This document shows positions 48,688 through 58,945 of a DNA stretch of 64,000 bases, piece by piece. Both the position numbers and the translations under genes were made by a program. The notes under the pieces were generated by a model. That model was not told the origin of the DNA, searched no databases, and saw only the letters and a program-made list of their open reading frames with translations. This stretch comes from Methanocella sp. (GTDB lineage: Archaea > Thermoproteota > Bathyarchaeia > Bathyarchaeales > Bathycorpusculaceae). How positions within the stretch are numbered: position 1 is the first letter of the stretch; each line of letters opens with the position of its first letter. The stretch is from positions 32,001 through 96,000 of the forward strand of contig JBLNCY010000057.1 of the NCBI GenBank assembly GCA_050261115.1, given 5' to 3'.

Positions 48688-49079
48688 CTACCTCCCCGTT
48701 TTTACCTGACCCTCGATAGCCATCACTGCGAGTTTAACGTATTTTTCAAAGGTTAAGTCGGGTACGAGCCATTTAGGTCCCGTCCATTCATAGTTGCATT
48801 GGACCTTGTCGTATAGGTACTTCATGATTAAGATTTCAAGTTGTTTTACTGCTTGGCCGAAAAAAGCTTCTATAGCTTGCTTGAAGTCTTCTATTCTATC
48901 AGGGATTCCTTTTTTTGGTAAGCCTAATTTCGTTCGACGATTAAAGTATAGAAAATTTCATGTTTTTGGCCTAGTCGGTGAAGGCTAAGTCTATGGCATC
49001 TAGCAGCGCTGCTTCGAATTTATTTCATTTTTGTTTTTGCCAATGCTTCCATCACGACTTGATCTGTACTTTCAGCCAT
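48688..49079 (-). pseudogene. Relic of a DUF3227/NitrOD5-like output-domain gene (several frameshifts)
   Basis: Fragments KFEAALLDAIDLAFT / LG..IFY / LGLPKKGIPDRIEDFKQAIEAFFGQAVKQLEILIMKYLY..DLTFEKYV; family recalled from memory. Confidence 0.65.
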
Positions 49080-49366
49080 CCAGTCGACTTACTACCCATA
49101 GAATGCTGGTTGGAATAAAAGCTTATGAATCCAAAATCAACACTATCGGTGTGTCCACAGGGCTCAGGATAGGCTCGATTAATTCCTTTGGGTCGCCTGG
49201 TGATGTTGTTTTTGTGCTCCCAGAGGGGTTAAAGCCTGCAAAAGTTGCCAGTGATTGGTAAATCGGGGCATAGTTGATCCATTAAAGTATAAGCTTTTAT
49301 ACGTAGGTTACTGATGGATGTTCAAAACAAGGGTATTCGCTTACGTGAGAGGGGTGAGAAGACTAA

Positions 49367-52300
49367 ATGCCGTATATCAAAAAAATCGAGTTAAAAGGCT
49401 TTAAGTCTTTTGGGCCGCAAACCGTTAAGGTTAACTTTGACAAGGGTTTCACAGCGATTACTGGCCCCAACGGAAGCGGAAAATCTAACATCATGGACTC
49501 ACTGCTCTTTGCGCTAGGAGAGCTATCTACTCGCCGACTCAGGGCAGAAAACTCGGCGAAACTAATTTTCCATGGTTCTGAAAGGTCGAACCTAGATAAG
49601 GCGAAGATGGCTAAAGTCGTGGTGCAATTTGATAATTCTGATGGCTTGATGCCTGTTGATACTAACACCGTCACCATCAGCAGAGAAGTTTACCGTAACG
49701 GTCAAAGCGTCTACCGCCTCAACGGGCGCCGCATGAGCCGCGCCATGGTAACTGAGACGCTGTCAATGGCTGCGGTTAGCACTATGAGTAACAACATCCT
49801 CCCCCAGGGCACCATCACCCGACTTACCGATCTAACTTCGCTTGAGCGCCGAAAAATTATCGAGGACCTCATTGGTATTGCTCAATATGACAGTGAGAAA
49901 ACTGAGGCAGAAGAGAAGCTTCGGGCCGCAGACATTTCGATCCGCACGGCAATGGGCCGCATCGACGAAGTGCAAAAACGCCTCGATGATTTGGAGCGTG
50001 AGCGTAACCAGTTACTGCGCTATAACTTTATTCAGGCTGAGACGAAAAAGTTCCAGGCGATCAAAGTTTCCGCAGATATAGCGGTACAGAACCAAAAGGT
50101 TGCCGAGGGCGCTAAGCAGGCTGAAATTGTTACGTCTCGCCTAGACAAGTTGCGTGAGGAGCGTGACCTGCGCCGTAATCGTCGGCATGAGATCGAGGGA
50201 GACTGGCGTAAACTTAGCGGCGAAGGCTTAGAACAGGGTGGCTCGGAAGTTCTGAAAGTTCAAATCCGCATAGGTGAATTAAAATCCAAACTCACAGAGC
50301 TTAATTCCAAGATTAACTCTGGCCAGGCCAGCATAGACAGCTTCAAACGGGTTAGAGAGAACAACTTAGCCCAGCATGAAGCCTTGCATAATGAAATCCG
50401 CGAGAACCGTCTCAAGATTCGTCAGCTCAACGCTGAATTGGTAAAGATAAACGGCGAATTAGCTCAAAAGCAAGCTCAGCATGAAGCGCTTGCCAAGGAA
50501 ACTTCGGCGCTTTGGGAGAACCTTGACGGTAACAACCAGCAGATCCGCCAATTAGAGGGTCAAATAGAGGGTTATGTTAAGCGGTTGGCTTTCTTGCGTT
50601 CTGAGTATAAGCAGGATAAGGCTGCCTTGCGGCTTTGTGTTGGCAGAATCAAGAACCTCTCTGCTCGTAAGGAGAAATTTATTGCTTCACAAGCTGAAAT
50701 CGAGAAATCCCTCTCCGAGCTTGAAGCTGTTCAGCGTGACCAAAAAGCCCAACTCAAGAGCCTTGAGCATTTAATTGAGAAGAAAAAGATTCAGAAGGAA
50801 ACGGTTCAACGGGAGATTGAGGAGGCTGAAAAAATCGCTACCTCGGCTAAGGAGGCAGTGGTTGAGTTTGCGACTCAACGTGACTTGGCGGCTACGATTG
50901 CTGCAGAGGAGAAGGCGCTGCGGGGCATCGAAGAGATGGGAAACGTCGGCGCAATCGATGGCATTCATGGTCGGCTGCGGAGCCTTGTCAAGATTGATAA
51001 GAGCTTCAAGAAAGCAATCGATGCAGCATCCGCTGGCTGGCTTGATGCCCTTGTCGTTAAAGACATTGACGTCGCGTTTACCTGTACTGAGACGCTTCGT
51101 CGTATGAAACTGGGTCGGGTTAAAATCATCCCCTTGCAGGGTGTAAACAAAGCCAAGAATAAGCCGGCGCCTAAACGTGAAGGTGTCCTAGGGCCCCTAA
51201 GTAGTTTTATGAAGTATGACGCTGCTTACGAGTTGGCGGTGAACTATGTCTTCGGCGACACCATAGTTGTCTCCAACGACAAAACCGGGTTTGCGCTCTC
51301 AAACGAGGGTTACCGCGCTGTCACAGTCAACGGCGACGTCTATGAGCCGGGTGCATTTGAAAGCGGCTATTACCGGGCACCCATCGATTTCAGCACAATT
51401 ATCCCAAGCGAAAACGCCCTAAAAAGCCTCGACGAAGCCGTTAAGGCACTTCAAACCCACCTATCGCAGCGCGGCACAGACATCGCCAGCATCGAAGAGG
51501 ATCTGGATCGATCTAAAATCGAGATGGCTCGCCTGGCAGAGGGTATTGCAACCCTTGACCGTGAAATCATTCGCATACGCCGAGGCATCAAGCGCACCCA
51601 ACTCAACATTCGTCACATCGAAAAATACGGCGGCAAACTAGAGCGTGAGGCAGCCGCATTTAAGGGTCGCATGACCGTCTATAAGAATGAACGGAACAAC
51701 ATCAAGAGTAGCCTCAAGAAGTTACATACCCAGATCGCTGAACTCAGGCTAAAGACTGACGTAGCTCACATTCAAGAGCTTGAAGTCCAACGCGAAAAAT
51801 ATGGCGAAGAAGCCAACACACTGCGCCAACGTTTAGGTTCGCTGCAGACGGAGATTAACACAAACCAGTCTCAATTTGACCACGTGCTCCGAGTTGGCTA
51901 CAAGAATGCCAAAATCCAACTTACCAAAATCGATCAACAGCAAGAAAAACTGCAAAAAGAAGTCTCTGACGCCATAGCCGAACGCGATGCAATAAACACT
52001 GAGGTAGCTGCGTTAGAGAAGAGCCGTATTGAGTTATCCAATGCGGTTTTGTCTGCTAAGGAGGAGGCTAAAAAGTTTACCTCCCAAATCGATCAAATTG
52101 ATGCTGAACTGCGAACGCTTGATGCGGAGTATGAGCAGGCAGACAAATTAGCTAACCAATTGCATCTGAGTATGGAGACTGCGCAGATTCGTTTGCAGCA
52201 ACTGCAGGCTCAGCTTAAGCAGTACGGCTATGATCAGCCGCTGGAGACCAACCTGCAGCAGGTTACAGACGCTGAAACAACCATTCGTATGATGCAGTTC

Positions 52301-52927
52301 GAGATGGATCGCATCGGCGCCGTAAACCAGCTTGCGGCTCAGCACTATGTTGAGCAAATTAGTCGTTACAAAGAGCTCTCGGTTAGGTTAAACGAGCTTG
52401 AACGTGAGAAGCAGGCTATAGTTGCGTTTATGGATGAAATCGAAGCCAAAAAACGGCGGGTTTTCATGACGGCGTTCGATAAAATCAATGCCAGCTTGTC
52501 GGTATACTTTAAAAAGATGACTGGCGGCGGTAGCGCAACGCTTAAACTCGAGAATCCAGAGGAGCCATTCACTGGCGGCATCGACATGATTGTGCAGTTC
52601 CCCAACAAACCCAGCATCGTCGTGAGCGGCGCCTCAGGTGGGGAGCGCTCTATTTCAGCGGTTGCATTCATTTTTGCATTAAAAGAGTTCTCGCCAGCAG
52701 CGTTCTATGTGCTAGACGAAGTTGACGCCCACTTGGACGCCTTCCATACCACTCGGCTGGCAGAAACTCTGCTTGAAGAAGCGCAGCAGGGTAAAACGCA
52801 GTTTATTGTTATCAGTCTGCGTCCAGAAATGGTCAATAAGGCCCAGAAAGTCTACGGTGTCTATGAACGTAACGGTGTTTCTGCAGTGGTCACCGCCAAG
52901 TTCCCCCCTGAGGAGGCGGCTGCCTAA
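49367..52927 (+). CDS. smc: Chromosome segregation protein SMC
   Basis: GFKSF, Walker A GPNGSGKSN, coiled coils, hinge (GIHGRL..), signature SGGE, Walker B YVLDEVDAHLD. Confidence 0.97.
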   Translation: MPYIKKIELKGFKSFGPQTVKVNFDKGFTAITGPNGSGKSNIMDSLLFALGELSTRRLRAENSAKLIFHGSERSNLDKAKMAKVVVQFDNSDGLMPVDTNTVTISREVYRNGQSVYRLNGRRMSRAMVTETLSMAAVSTMSNNILPQGTITRLTDLTSLERRKIIEDLIGIAQYDSEKTEAEEKLRAADISIRTAMGRIDEVQKRLDDLERERNQLLRYNFIQAETKKFQAIKVSADIAVQNQKVAEGAKQAEIVTSRLDKLREERDLRRNRRHEIEGDWRKLSGEGLEQGGSEVLKVQIRIGELKSKLTELNSKINSGQASIDSFKRVRENNLAQHEALHNEIRENRLKIRQLNAELVKINGELAQKQAQHEALAKETSALWENLDGNNQQIRQLEGQIEGYVKRLAFLRSEYKQDKAALRLCVGRIKNLSARKEKFIASQAEIEKSLSELEAVQRDQKAQLKSLEHLIEKKKIQKETVQREIEEAEKIATSAKEAVVEFATQRDLAATIAAEEKALRGIEEMGNVGAIDGIHGRLRSLVKIDKSFKKAIDAASAGWLDALVVKDIDVAFTCTETLRRMKLGRVKIIPLQGVNKAKNKPAPKREGVLGPLSSFMKYDAAYELAVNYVFGDTIVVSNDKTGFALSNEGYRAVTVNGDVYEPGAFESGYYRAPIDFSTIIPSENALKSLDEAVKALQTHLSQRGTDIASIEEDLDRSKIEMARLAEGIATLDREIIRIRRGIKRTQLNIRHIEKYGGKLEREAAAFKGRMTVYKNERNNIKSSLKKLHTQIAELRLKTDVAHIQELEVQREKYGEEANTLRQRLGSLQTEINTNQSQFDHVLRVGYKNAKIQLTKIDQQQEKLQKEVSDAIAERDAINTEVAALEKSRIELSNAVLSAKEEAKKFTSQIDQIDAELRTLDAEYEQADKLANQLHLSMETAQIRLQQLQAQLKQYGYDQPLETNLQQVTDAETTIRMMQFEMDRIGAVNQLAAQHYVEQISRYKELSVRLNELEREKQAIVAFMDEIEAKKRRVFMTAFDKINASLSVYFKKMTGGGSATLKLENPEEPFTGGIDMIVQFPNKPSIVVSGASGGERSISAVAFIFALKEFSPAAFYVLDEVDAHLDAFHTTRLAETLLEEAQQGKTQFIVISLRPEMVNKAQKVYGVYERNGVSAVVTAKFPPEEAAA

Positions 52928-53652
52928 TGTCATCGACTACTACACAGACCACCAGCGTTATGCGGCGACCTTTCTATTTGCGTCCGCCTTGGAACGTCCT
53001 CTTTGAGCTTAGCAAGCTTGAGAAGCTTACCCCTTGGAATGTCAACATAGCATATTTGCTGCGTACGTTTCTTGCTGAAATGGAGAAGCATGTGGGTCCT
53101 GAGACGGTGGACTTCCGTGCATCAGGTGTAGCGTTGGATTCTTCAGCTTTAATTTATCTTATGAAATCCAAGTTACTGCTTACCCTCCAAGAACCTCCTG
53201 CTCCGCCTCCGCGTGTACCAACCGATTTCGTGCCGCCGCCACTCTTTCTGCCTCTAAGGCATGAACTCACCTCAACTACCATTCAGCACTTACTCGAAGT
53301 ATTAGATGAGGTCTTAAAGGGCGAAAAGCTCCTCAACCTAGGCCATAAAATAGAGCCGCACCCTATCCTGCCAGCAGTCACCGACTTACTGCCAAAATTT
53401 GACAAGTTCATAGCTGAGCTTGAAATTGAGGTCGATAAACTCTACAGTTATCTTATTGAGTGCACGGGCGGACAGGGCATCATTGACTTCACAACATTAA
53501 TCAAGGGCAAAACACGCATTGAAGCCTTAAGGTTGTTCATCTACCTGTTGTTCCTTGCACAGGACGGAATGGTTAGCCTCTGGCAGAACGAGGAAACCGA
53601 GGAACTCTATATAGCTGTGGGGAAATTAAAAGTTGGAAAACCAACCGCTTAA
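52927..53652 (+). CDS. scpA: Kleisin ScpA
   Basis: L.PWNVNI..L..F, DFR.SG.AL..A..KS..L, FIYLLFLA..G; lies between smc and scpB. Confidence 0.9.
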   Translation: MSSTTTQTTSVMRRPFYLRPPWNVLFELSKLEKLTPWNVNIAYLLRTFLAEMEKHVGPETVDFRASGVALDSSALIYLMKSKLLLTLQEPPAPPPRVPTDFVPPPLFLPLRHELTSTTIQHLLEVLDEVLKGEKLLNLGHKIEPHPILPAVTDLLPKFDKFIAELEIEVDKLYSYLIECTGGQGIIDFTTLIKGKTRIEALRLFIYLLFLAQDGMVSLWQNEETEELYIAVGKLKVGKPTA

Positions 53653-54475
53653 TCAAGACCAAACCACACAGGGCATACCAGCCGATACCAAAGCGCCAGC
53701 TACCGATGAACCTGCACAAGCAGAAGCGCCAAAAGACGCCCGAGCACCCCAAACTCCATTGCCCTCTCAATCCACTCAAAAGGCTGCTTCTGAGGCTGAC
53801 TCTGGCGTAGAAACTCCCGAACGCCAGGCTCGCGCACTTAATCTGCTTGAAGCCGCGCTCTACATTGCAGGTCGCCCACTTGATATAAACGAAATGTGCC
53901 AAGCCGTCGGCAGCCGAAGCAAAAAACGGGTCATCGGCTACGCTGAGGCTCTTATGGAGCAGTATAAAGCTCGAAACAGTCCTATGGAGATTTTAGCGCT
54001 CAAAGATGAGCGTTACGTAATGCAGGTTAAGGCGGAGTATACGCCGCTGATCAAGAAGCTGGTTAATAGGCCTCTTCTGTCTTCGGGTCCACTCAAAACC
54101 CTCTCCTATATTGCTTATCGTCAGCCTATTACTCAGAAGCGTGTCATTGAGGTGCGCGGTCAGCATGCCTATGGGCACGTTAAGCTGCTAAAGGACATGG
54201 GCCTAATCATGACAGAGCGCAGTGGCCGGTCGCTGGCATTGAAGACCACCGAGTACTTTGCGGACTATTTTGGTTTGACGATGGATACTTCAGGTCTAAA
54301 AAAAGACCTGCGCAAGATTTTCGGTGAAGCAATCAAGGAAGATATGGCTGCGCGGGAACGTAAAGAGGCTGAGGAAGAGAAGCAGGCACTGGCTGAGATT
54401 GAGGAATCCGATAAGCAGGAGACCCCCCAGAGGCCAAGGGCGCCGCTTAGTTTCGAGGGGCCAAATCAACCCTAA
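53633..54475 (+). CDS. scpB: SMC-Scp complex subunit ScpB
   Basis: LEAALY..G.PL, LS...LKTLSYIAYRQPITQ..RG, TT..F.DYFGL. Confidence 0.95.
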   Translation: MENQPLNQDQTTQGIPADTKAPATDEPAQAEAPKDARAPQTPLPSQSTQKAASEADSGVETPERQARALNLLEAALYIAGRPLDINEMCQAVGSRSKKRVIGYAEALMEQYKARNSPMEILALKDERYVMQVKAEYTPLIKKLVNRPLLSSGPLKTLSYIAYRQPITQKRVIEVRGQHAYGHVKLLKDMGLIMTERSGRSLALKTTEYFADYFGLTMDTSGLKKDLRKIFGEAIKEDMAARERKEAEEEKQALAEIEESDKQETPQRPRAPLSFEGPNQP

Positions 54476-54562
54476 CCATCCCCCACCCATTTTACCGATA
54501 AGTAGAGATGCGTATAGAAATTCTATTATCCCAGAATTAACGATAACTATCTTGTGCCCAAA

Positions 54563-55018
54563 ATGATAACCATACCTCTGGATGATTTAGATAAAAAAAT
54601 CTTGCGTGAACTGCAACAGGATGGTCGCATATCTTTTGCTGATTTGGGCCGCAAACTAGATGTTCCAGAGGCAACCATACGGTTCCGTGTTAAGCGGCTA
54701 GAAGATCATCGGGTTATTACTCGGTTTACTGCTTTGGTTGATCCTTCCAAGGTTGGTATAGTGGTGAGTGGGGCGATTTTGTTAAAGATTGATCCTGCTC
54801 ATTTGGATGATGCATGTAAGCGGTTGACTGATTTTTGTGAGGTTGGGTATTTGTTCCAGAGTACGGGGGAGTATGACATTGTGTCGGTTGTGTTTGCGCA
54901 TGATTTAGAGGAGTTTAATGATGTGGTTAGGCGAGTGAAGTTGATTGTGGGTGTTAAAGATGCGCGTGTTTCGGTTACTACTCGGTTTTTGAAGAATAAT
55001 CAGGAATTAACCTTCTAG
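54563..55018 (+). CDS. Lrp/AsnC family transcriptional regulator
   Basis: LDDLDKKIL.EL..DGR.SF.DL..L.V..ATI..RVKRL; TGEYD in the RAM domain. Confidence 0.92.
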   Translation: MITIPLDDLDKKILRELQQDGRISFADLGRKLDVPEATIRFRVKRLEDHRVITRFTALVDPSKVGIVVSGAILLKIDPAHLDDACKRLTDFCEVGYLFQSTGEYDIVSVVFAHDLEEFNDVVRRVKLIVGVKDARVSVTTRFLKNNQELTF

Positions 55019-55155
55019 CAGTTAATGTTGCTGCATTCGCAGTATAATGCATCATAGTTGTTTGTTCCATAACATTAATAGGATTATTTGCCAAAATAGT
55101 GATAACCCCTAAGCTAAATTGATCTAACGTTAACCTTACAGCATTTGGTGAAATA

Positions 55156-55638
55156 TTGACTGCCCAACCTCGCCCCCTAACCGACGAAACTGACAGAAAA
55201 ATACTCCAAATCCTCCAAGACAACTTCCCCCTAGTTGAACAACCCTACGAGCACCTCGCCCAGCAACTCAACTTAAATGAAACCCAAGTCATAGAACGAC
55301 TAACCCGCCTAAGCCAACAGGGCATCACCCGAAAAATCGGCGCAGTTATCGACATAACCAAACTCGGATTAAACGCAACCACCCTCATAGCAGCAAAAGT
55401 TCCCCCAGAAAGAATAGACGTCGTCGCCGACGTAATCAACCAATACCCCCAAGCATCCCACAATTACCAACGCGAGAACGAATACAGCGTCTGGTTTACC
55501 CTCAAAGCAAACAACCTAGCCGAACTAAACGCACTCCTTGAGGAGATAGTGCAAAAGGCCTCTCTAAGCAGAGAAGACCTGCTTAATCTACCCACCAAGA
55601 CCTGCTTTAAAATTGACGTAAGATTTGATGTGACCTGA
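55156..55638 (+). CDS. ahbA: Siroheme decarboxylase subunit AhbA (NirD/L-like)
   Basis: D.KIL..LQ..FPL...PY, G..RKIGA, SHNYQR...Y.VWFT; followed by ahbBCD. Confidence 0.9.
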   Translation: MTAQPRPLTDETDRKILQILQDNFPLVEQPYEHLAQQLNLNETQVIERLTRLSQQGITRKIGAVIDITKLGLNATTLIAAKVPPERIDVVADVINQYPQASHNYQRENEYSVWFTLKANNLAELNALLEEIVQKASLSREDLLNLPTKTCFKIDVRFDVT

Positions 55639-55649
55639 GGCACAGCTTT

Positions 55650-56114
55650 ATGGATGAAATCGATCGTAAACTTTTAGCTCAAACCGAAAAAGGCATACCG
55701 TTAACTTCTCGCCCTTTTGACCAAATAGCCCAAGAAGCTGGGATCTCTCCCCCAGAGGCTATTAGTAGGCTGCAGCGGCTCCAGAAAAGCGGCATAATCC
55801 GGCGATTTGGAGTTTCACTTATGCCCAATGGGGTGGGTTATTTGGCTAATGCATTGGTAGCTTGGAAAGTTCCCCCGCAACGCATTGCTTTGGTGGGAGA
55901 GTATTTTTGTAAGTGCAAGGAAGTGTCTCACTGTTACGAACGCGAAGTAGTGCAGGGTAGGTGGGATTATAACTTTTATACAGTCATACACGCCCAGCAA
56001 CGTTCCACAGTGGAAGAAATGGTGCAGCGATTCGCCGCTGAAACATCCCTGAGTGAATACGCGATTCTTTTCAGTACAAGAAACCTCAAGCTAAAGGAGA
56101 AAACGAAATGTTAA
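55650..56114 (+). CDS. ahbB: Siroheme decarboxylase subunit AhbB (NirG/H-like)
   Basis: GIPL..RPF, GIIRRFG, NALVAW, VSHCYER..W.YN.YT.IH. Confidence 0.9.
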   Translation: MDEIDRKLLAQTEKGIPLTSRPFDQIAQEAGISPPEAISRLQRLQKSGIIRRFGVSLMPNGVGYLANALVAWKVPPQRIALVGEYFCKCKEVSHCYEREVVQGRWDYNFYTVIHAQQRSTVEEMVQRFAAETSLSEYAILFSTRNLKLKEKTKC

Positions 56115-57262
56115 ACATAACAAAACTCTGGTGCGGCACCCCCAGCTCAATGGATAACCTGCGCTACGGCAATCATGTACACAAAAAACCCGTCGTTGTC
56201 TGGAACAGCACCCAACGCTGCAACCTCCAATGCATCCACTGCTACTCCAACTCAGAAAACAAAACCTACCCCAACGAGTTAACAACCCAGCAGGCAAAAG
56301 ACATGGTTATGGACCTGGCTAGCTTCGGTGCGCCTGTTCTGCTTTTTTCAGGCGGCGAACCTCTCCTTCGGCAGGACCTCTTTGAAGTTGCCAAGATCGC
56401 CACAAGTAACGGTATACGCGCTGTACTCTCCACAAATGGCACACTAATCACCCCCGAAATCGCTGGGCAACTAAAAGATGCCGGGTTCTCATACGTTGGC
56501 GTAAGCATCGACGGCACCGAGCAGACCAACGACAGGTTCCGCGGCAGTCCCGGCGCCTTTAAAAAAGCAATTCAGGGAATTCGCAACTGCAAAGCTGCAG
56601 GCGTAAAACCGGGTTTACGTTTCACGGTAACCAAATACAATTATCCCGACCTGCTTGGCGTCTTTGATGTAATCGAGAAAGAACAAATCCCCCGTGTGTG
56701 CTTCTATCATTTGGCATATGCTGGCCGGGGCTCCTCGATTAGCAACGACGATTTAACCCACAGCCAAACCCGCGAATTCATGGATACAATTCTTGAGAAA
56801 GCAGAAGAATTGCAGCAGAAAAATATAGACACTGAAATACTAACCGTCGATAACCACGCGGACGCTGTTTACCTTTACCTTAAACTCAAACAGAAAAACC
56901 CCCAGCAAGCACAGAGCGCTCTAGCGCTGCTTAGGCAGAATGGCGGTAACAGTTCAGGCGCTGGCATTGGTTGCATAGACGCCCAAGGAAACGTTCACAT
57001 CGACCAGTTCTGGCGCCACTATACCCTTGGCAATATTCTCGAGCGGAAGTTCAGCGATATCTGGACTGACAACCAGGAGCCAATGCTCCAAGCACTCAGA
57101 AACCGAAAACCCCACCTTCAAGGCAGATGTGCTAGCTGCCGTTTCCTTGACCTATGCAACGGGAACCTTCGAGTCAGAGCCGAAGCCATCTACGGCGACA
57201 TCTGGGCACCAGACCCAGCCTGCTACCTAACCGACAAAGAAATCACCCAAGCAGGCATCTAA
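56108..57262 (+). CDS. ahbC: Radical SAM Fe-coproporphyrin synthase AhbC (NirJ1-like)
   Basis: PVVVWN.T..CNL.C.HCY, LLFSGGEPL, YHL.YAGRG, TVDNHAD, GGNSSG, CNGN.R.RA..W..DPACY. Confidence 0.9.
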   Translation: MLNITKLWCGTPSSMDNLRYGNHVHKKPVVVWNSTQRCNLQCIHCYSNSENKTYPNELTTQQAKDMVMDLASFGAPVLLFSGGEPLLRQDLFEVAKIATSNGIRAVLSTNGTLITPEIAGQLKDAGFSYVGVSIDGTEQTNDRFRGSPGAFKKAIQGIRNCKAAGVKPGLRFTVTKYNYPDLLGVFDVIEKEQIPRVCFYHLAYAGRGSSISNDDLTHSQTREFMDTILEKAEELQQKNIDTEILTVDNHADAVYLYLKLKQKNPQQAQSALALLRQNGGNSSGAGIGCIDAQGNVHIDQFWRHYTLGNILERKFSDIWTDNQEPMLQALRNRKPHLQGRCASCRFLDLCNGNLRVRAEAIYGDIWAPDPACYLTDKEITQAGI

Positions 57263-58309
57263 ATGGAAACCCACCCCAAACCGGCATCTCTGGCTCCACG
57301 GGTTATAGCTTGGGAATCCACCCGAGCCTGCAACTATGCCTGTGTCCACTGCCGCGCAGAAGCACAAAAGCAAGCTGACCCCAACCAGTTAACCACCCAA
57401 GAAGCACTCCGACTAATGGATGAGATTGCAGAGGTATGCAAGCCCATTCTGATTATCAGCGGCGGAGACCCGCTAAAAAGAGAAGATATCTTTACGGTGG
57501 CTTCCTATGCCGATAAGCTGGGGTTTAGGGTAGTTATGTCCCCAAGCGGTAGCAACATAACCCCCGAAGTCATCTCCAACATGAAATCATCAGGCGTAAA
57601 GATGATCTCACTAAGCCTCGATGGCTCAAACGCAGTGGTGCATGATTCTTTTAGGAAAGTTCAGGGCGCGTTCGATTTAGTCCTAAAAAACATCCACACC
57701 GCAAAAGAAGTCGGTATGCCTTTTCGCATAAATACAACAGTAACCAAACACAACGCCAACGACTTACCCGCCATTCACGATTTAGTTGTGTCTTTGGGTT
57801 CGGTTGAATGGGATGTTTTCATGCTTGTGCCCACAGGAAGAGGAAAAGTAACCATGGAAATAACCCCCCAAGAATACGAAGCCACGCTACAGCAGATTCA
57901 TGCACTTAGCCAGAAATCGCTCATTCATATCAAAATGACCTGCGCCCCGCAATACATTCGCATAGCCGCCCAACAGGGCAAAGCCACTGGGGAAGCGCCT
58001 CATGGTCGCGGTTGCATGGCGGGCAACGGCTTCTGCTTCATATCCCACGTCGGAGAGGTATTCGGCTGTGGATTTTTACCGGTTGCCGCTGGAAACGTCA
58101 GAAAGGAAAAATTCGGCGACGTCTATCAGAAGGCACCCCTGTTTGCGGCACTGCGGAATCACAACCTGTTAACTGGGCACTGTGGCCTGTGTGAATTCAA
58201 GGTTGGGTGTGGCGGTTGTCGGGCTAGGGCATTATCGGTTTACGGCGATATGTTTGCTGGGGAACCCTATTGTACCTATAGACCTGCAGCTCAAAAAACA
58301 AAAAGTTAG
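57263..58309 (+). CDS. ahbD: Radical SAM heme b synthase AhbD (NirJ2-like)
   Basis: IAWE.TR.CN..C.HCRA, FMLVPTGRG, TCAPQY.R, GCMAG..FCFISH.G..GCG, CGGCRARA. Confidence 0.9.
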   Translation: METHPKPASLAPRVIAWESTRACNYACVHCRAEAQKQADPNQLTTQEALRLMDEIAEVCKPILIISGGDPLKREDIFTVASYADKLGFRVVMSPSGSNITPEVISNMKSSGVKMISLSLDGSNAVVHDSFRKVQGAFDLVLKNIHTAKEVGMPFRINTTVTKHNANDLPAIHDLVVSLGSVEWDVFMLVPTGRGKVTMEITPQEYEATLQQIHALSQKSLIHIKMTCAPQYIRIAAQQGKATGEAPHGRGCMAGNGFCFISHVGEVFGCGFLPVAAGNVRKEKFGDVYQKAPLFAALRNHNLLTGHCGLCEFKVGCGGCRARALSVYGDMFAGEPYCTYRPAAQKTKS

Positions 58310-58458
58310 ACACCTCAAGCTACTTTGGACATCAAGGAGAAAACTGGAGGCCAATTCTGACCCATAGTCGGGTTCCTTTCTTGCGTTCTTAATGGGCGAG
58401 TGTTGCCCTGAAAATAGATTCATATTGGGTTTTGACGTGTCAATTCGGTCTGATGCAT

Positions 58459-58713
58459 ATGGAATACGTTACATTCATCGGCTTACTCGCCGCGTTTCTA
58501 ACAACAATTTCACTGTTGCCCCAAGTGATTAAAGTGTGGAAGACAAAATCCGCCAAGGACGTTTCGAGCGGTATGTTTTCGATACAATGCGGCTCAGTTT
58601 CAACTTGGGTTGTGTACGGCTTTCTAATGCATGACCTTCCCATCATAGCTGCAAACTTGCTGGTCTTTATTCAGGCAGCAACAATCTTGCTATTCAAGAA
58701 ACGGTTCCGCTAA
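58459..58713 (+). CDS. SemiSWEET / PQ-loop sugar transporter
   Basis: IGLLAA.LTT.S.LPQV.K..KTKSA.DVS, W..YG...D.PII.AN. Confidence 0.9.
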   Translation: MEYVTFIGLLAAFLTTISLLPQVIKVWKTKSAKDVSSGMFSIQCGSVSTWVVYGFLMHDLPIIAANLLVFIQAATILLFKKRFR

Positions 58714-58739
58714 ACCCTACCTAAGCCCTTCAAGTGCAA

Positions 58740-58796
58740 GTTGAACCATGGGTTGACTCTATTTATGAGGGAGGAGATCCCTCGGCAGAGCAACAG
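58740..58796 (-). repeat. Dispersed intergenic element, copy 6
   Basis: GTTGAACCATGGGTTGACTCTATTTATGAGGGAGGAGATCCCTCGGCAGAGCAACAG. Confidence 0.88.
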
Positions 58797-58945
58797 GCCG
58801 CCGCCATGACACCTCCAAGATGTTAGCAAAAAGAGTCCAAACGATGCCCTGCGTCCTCTGTGGAAACCAGCGTTAAATCCTAAAAGGGACCAAAATTATT
58901 TAATTCCACCGCCGACACTTCTCAAAGCAATTAGTCGTTAGTCAT

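Noticed and set aside
48480-49261. Plus-strand ORFs 48480-48719, 48794-48988 and 49031-49261
   Set aside because: They are antisense shadows of the minus-strand pseudogenes and have no recognisable motifs.
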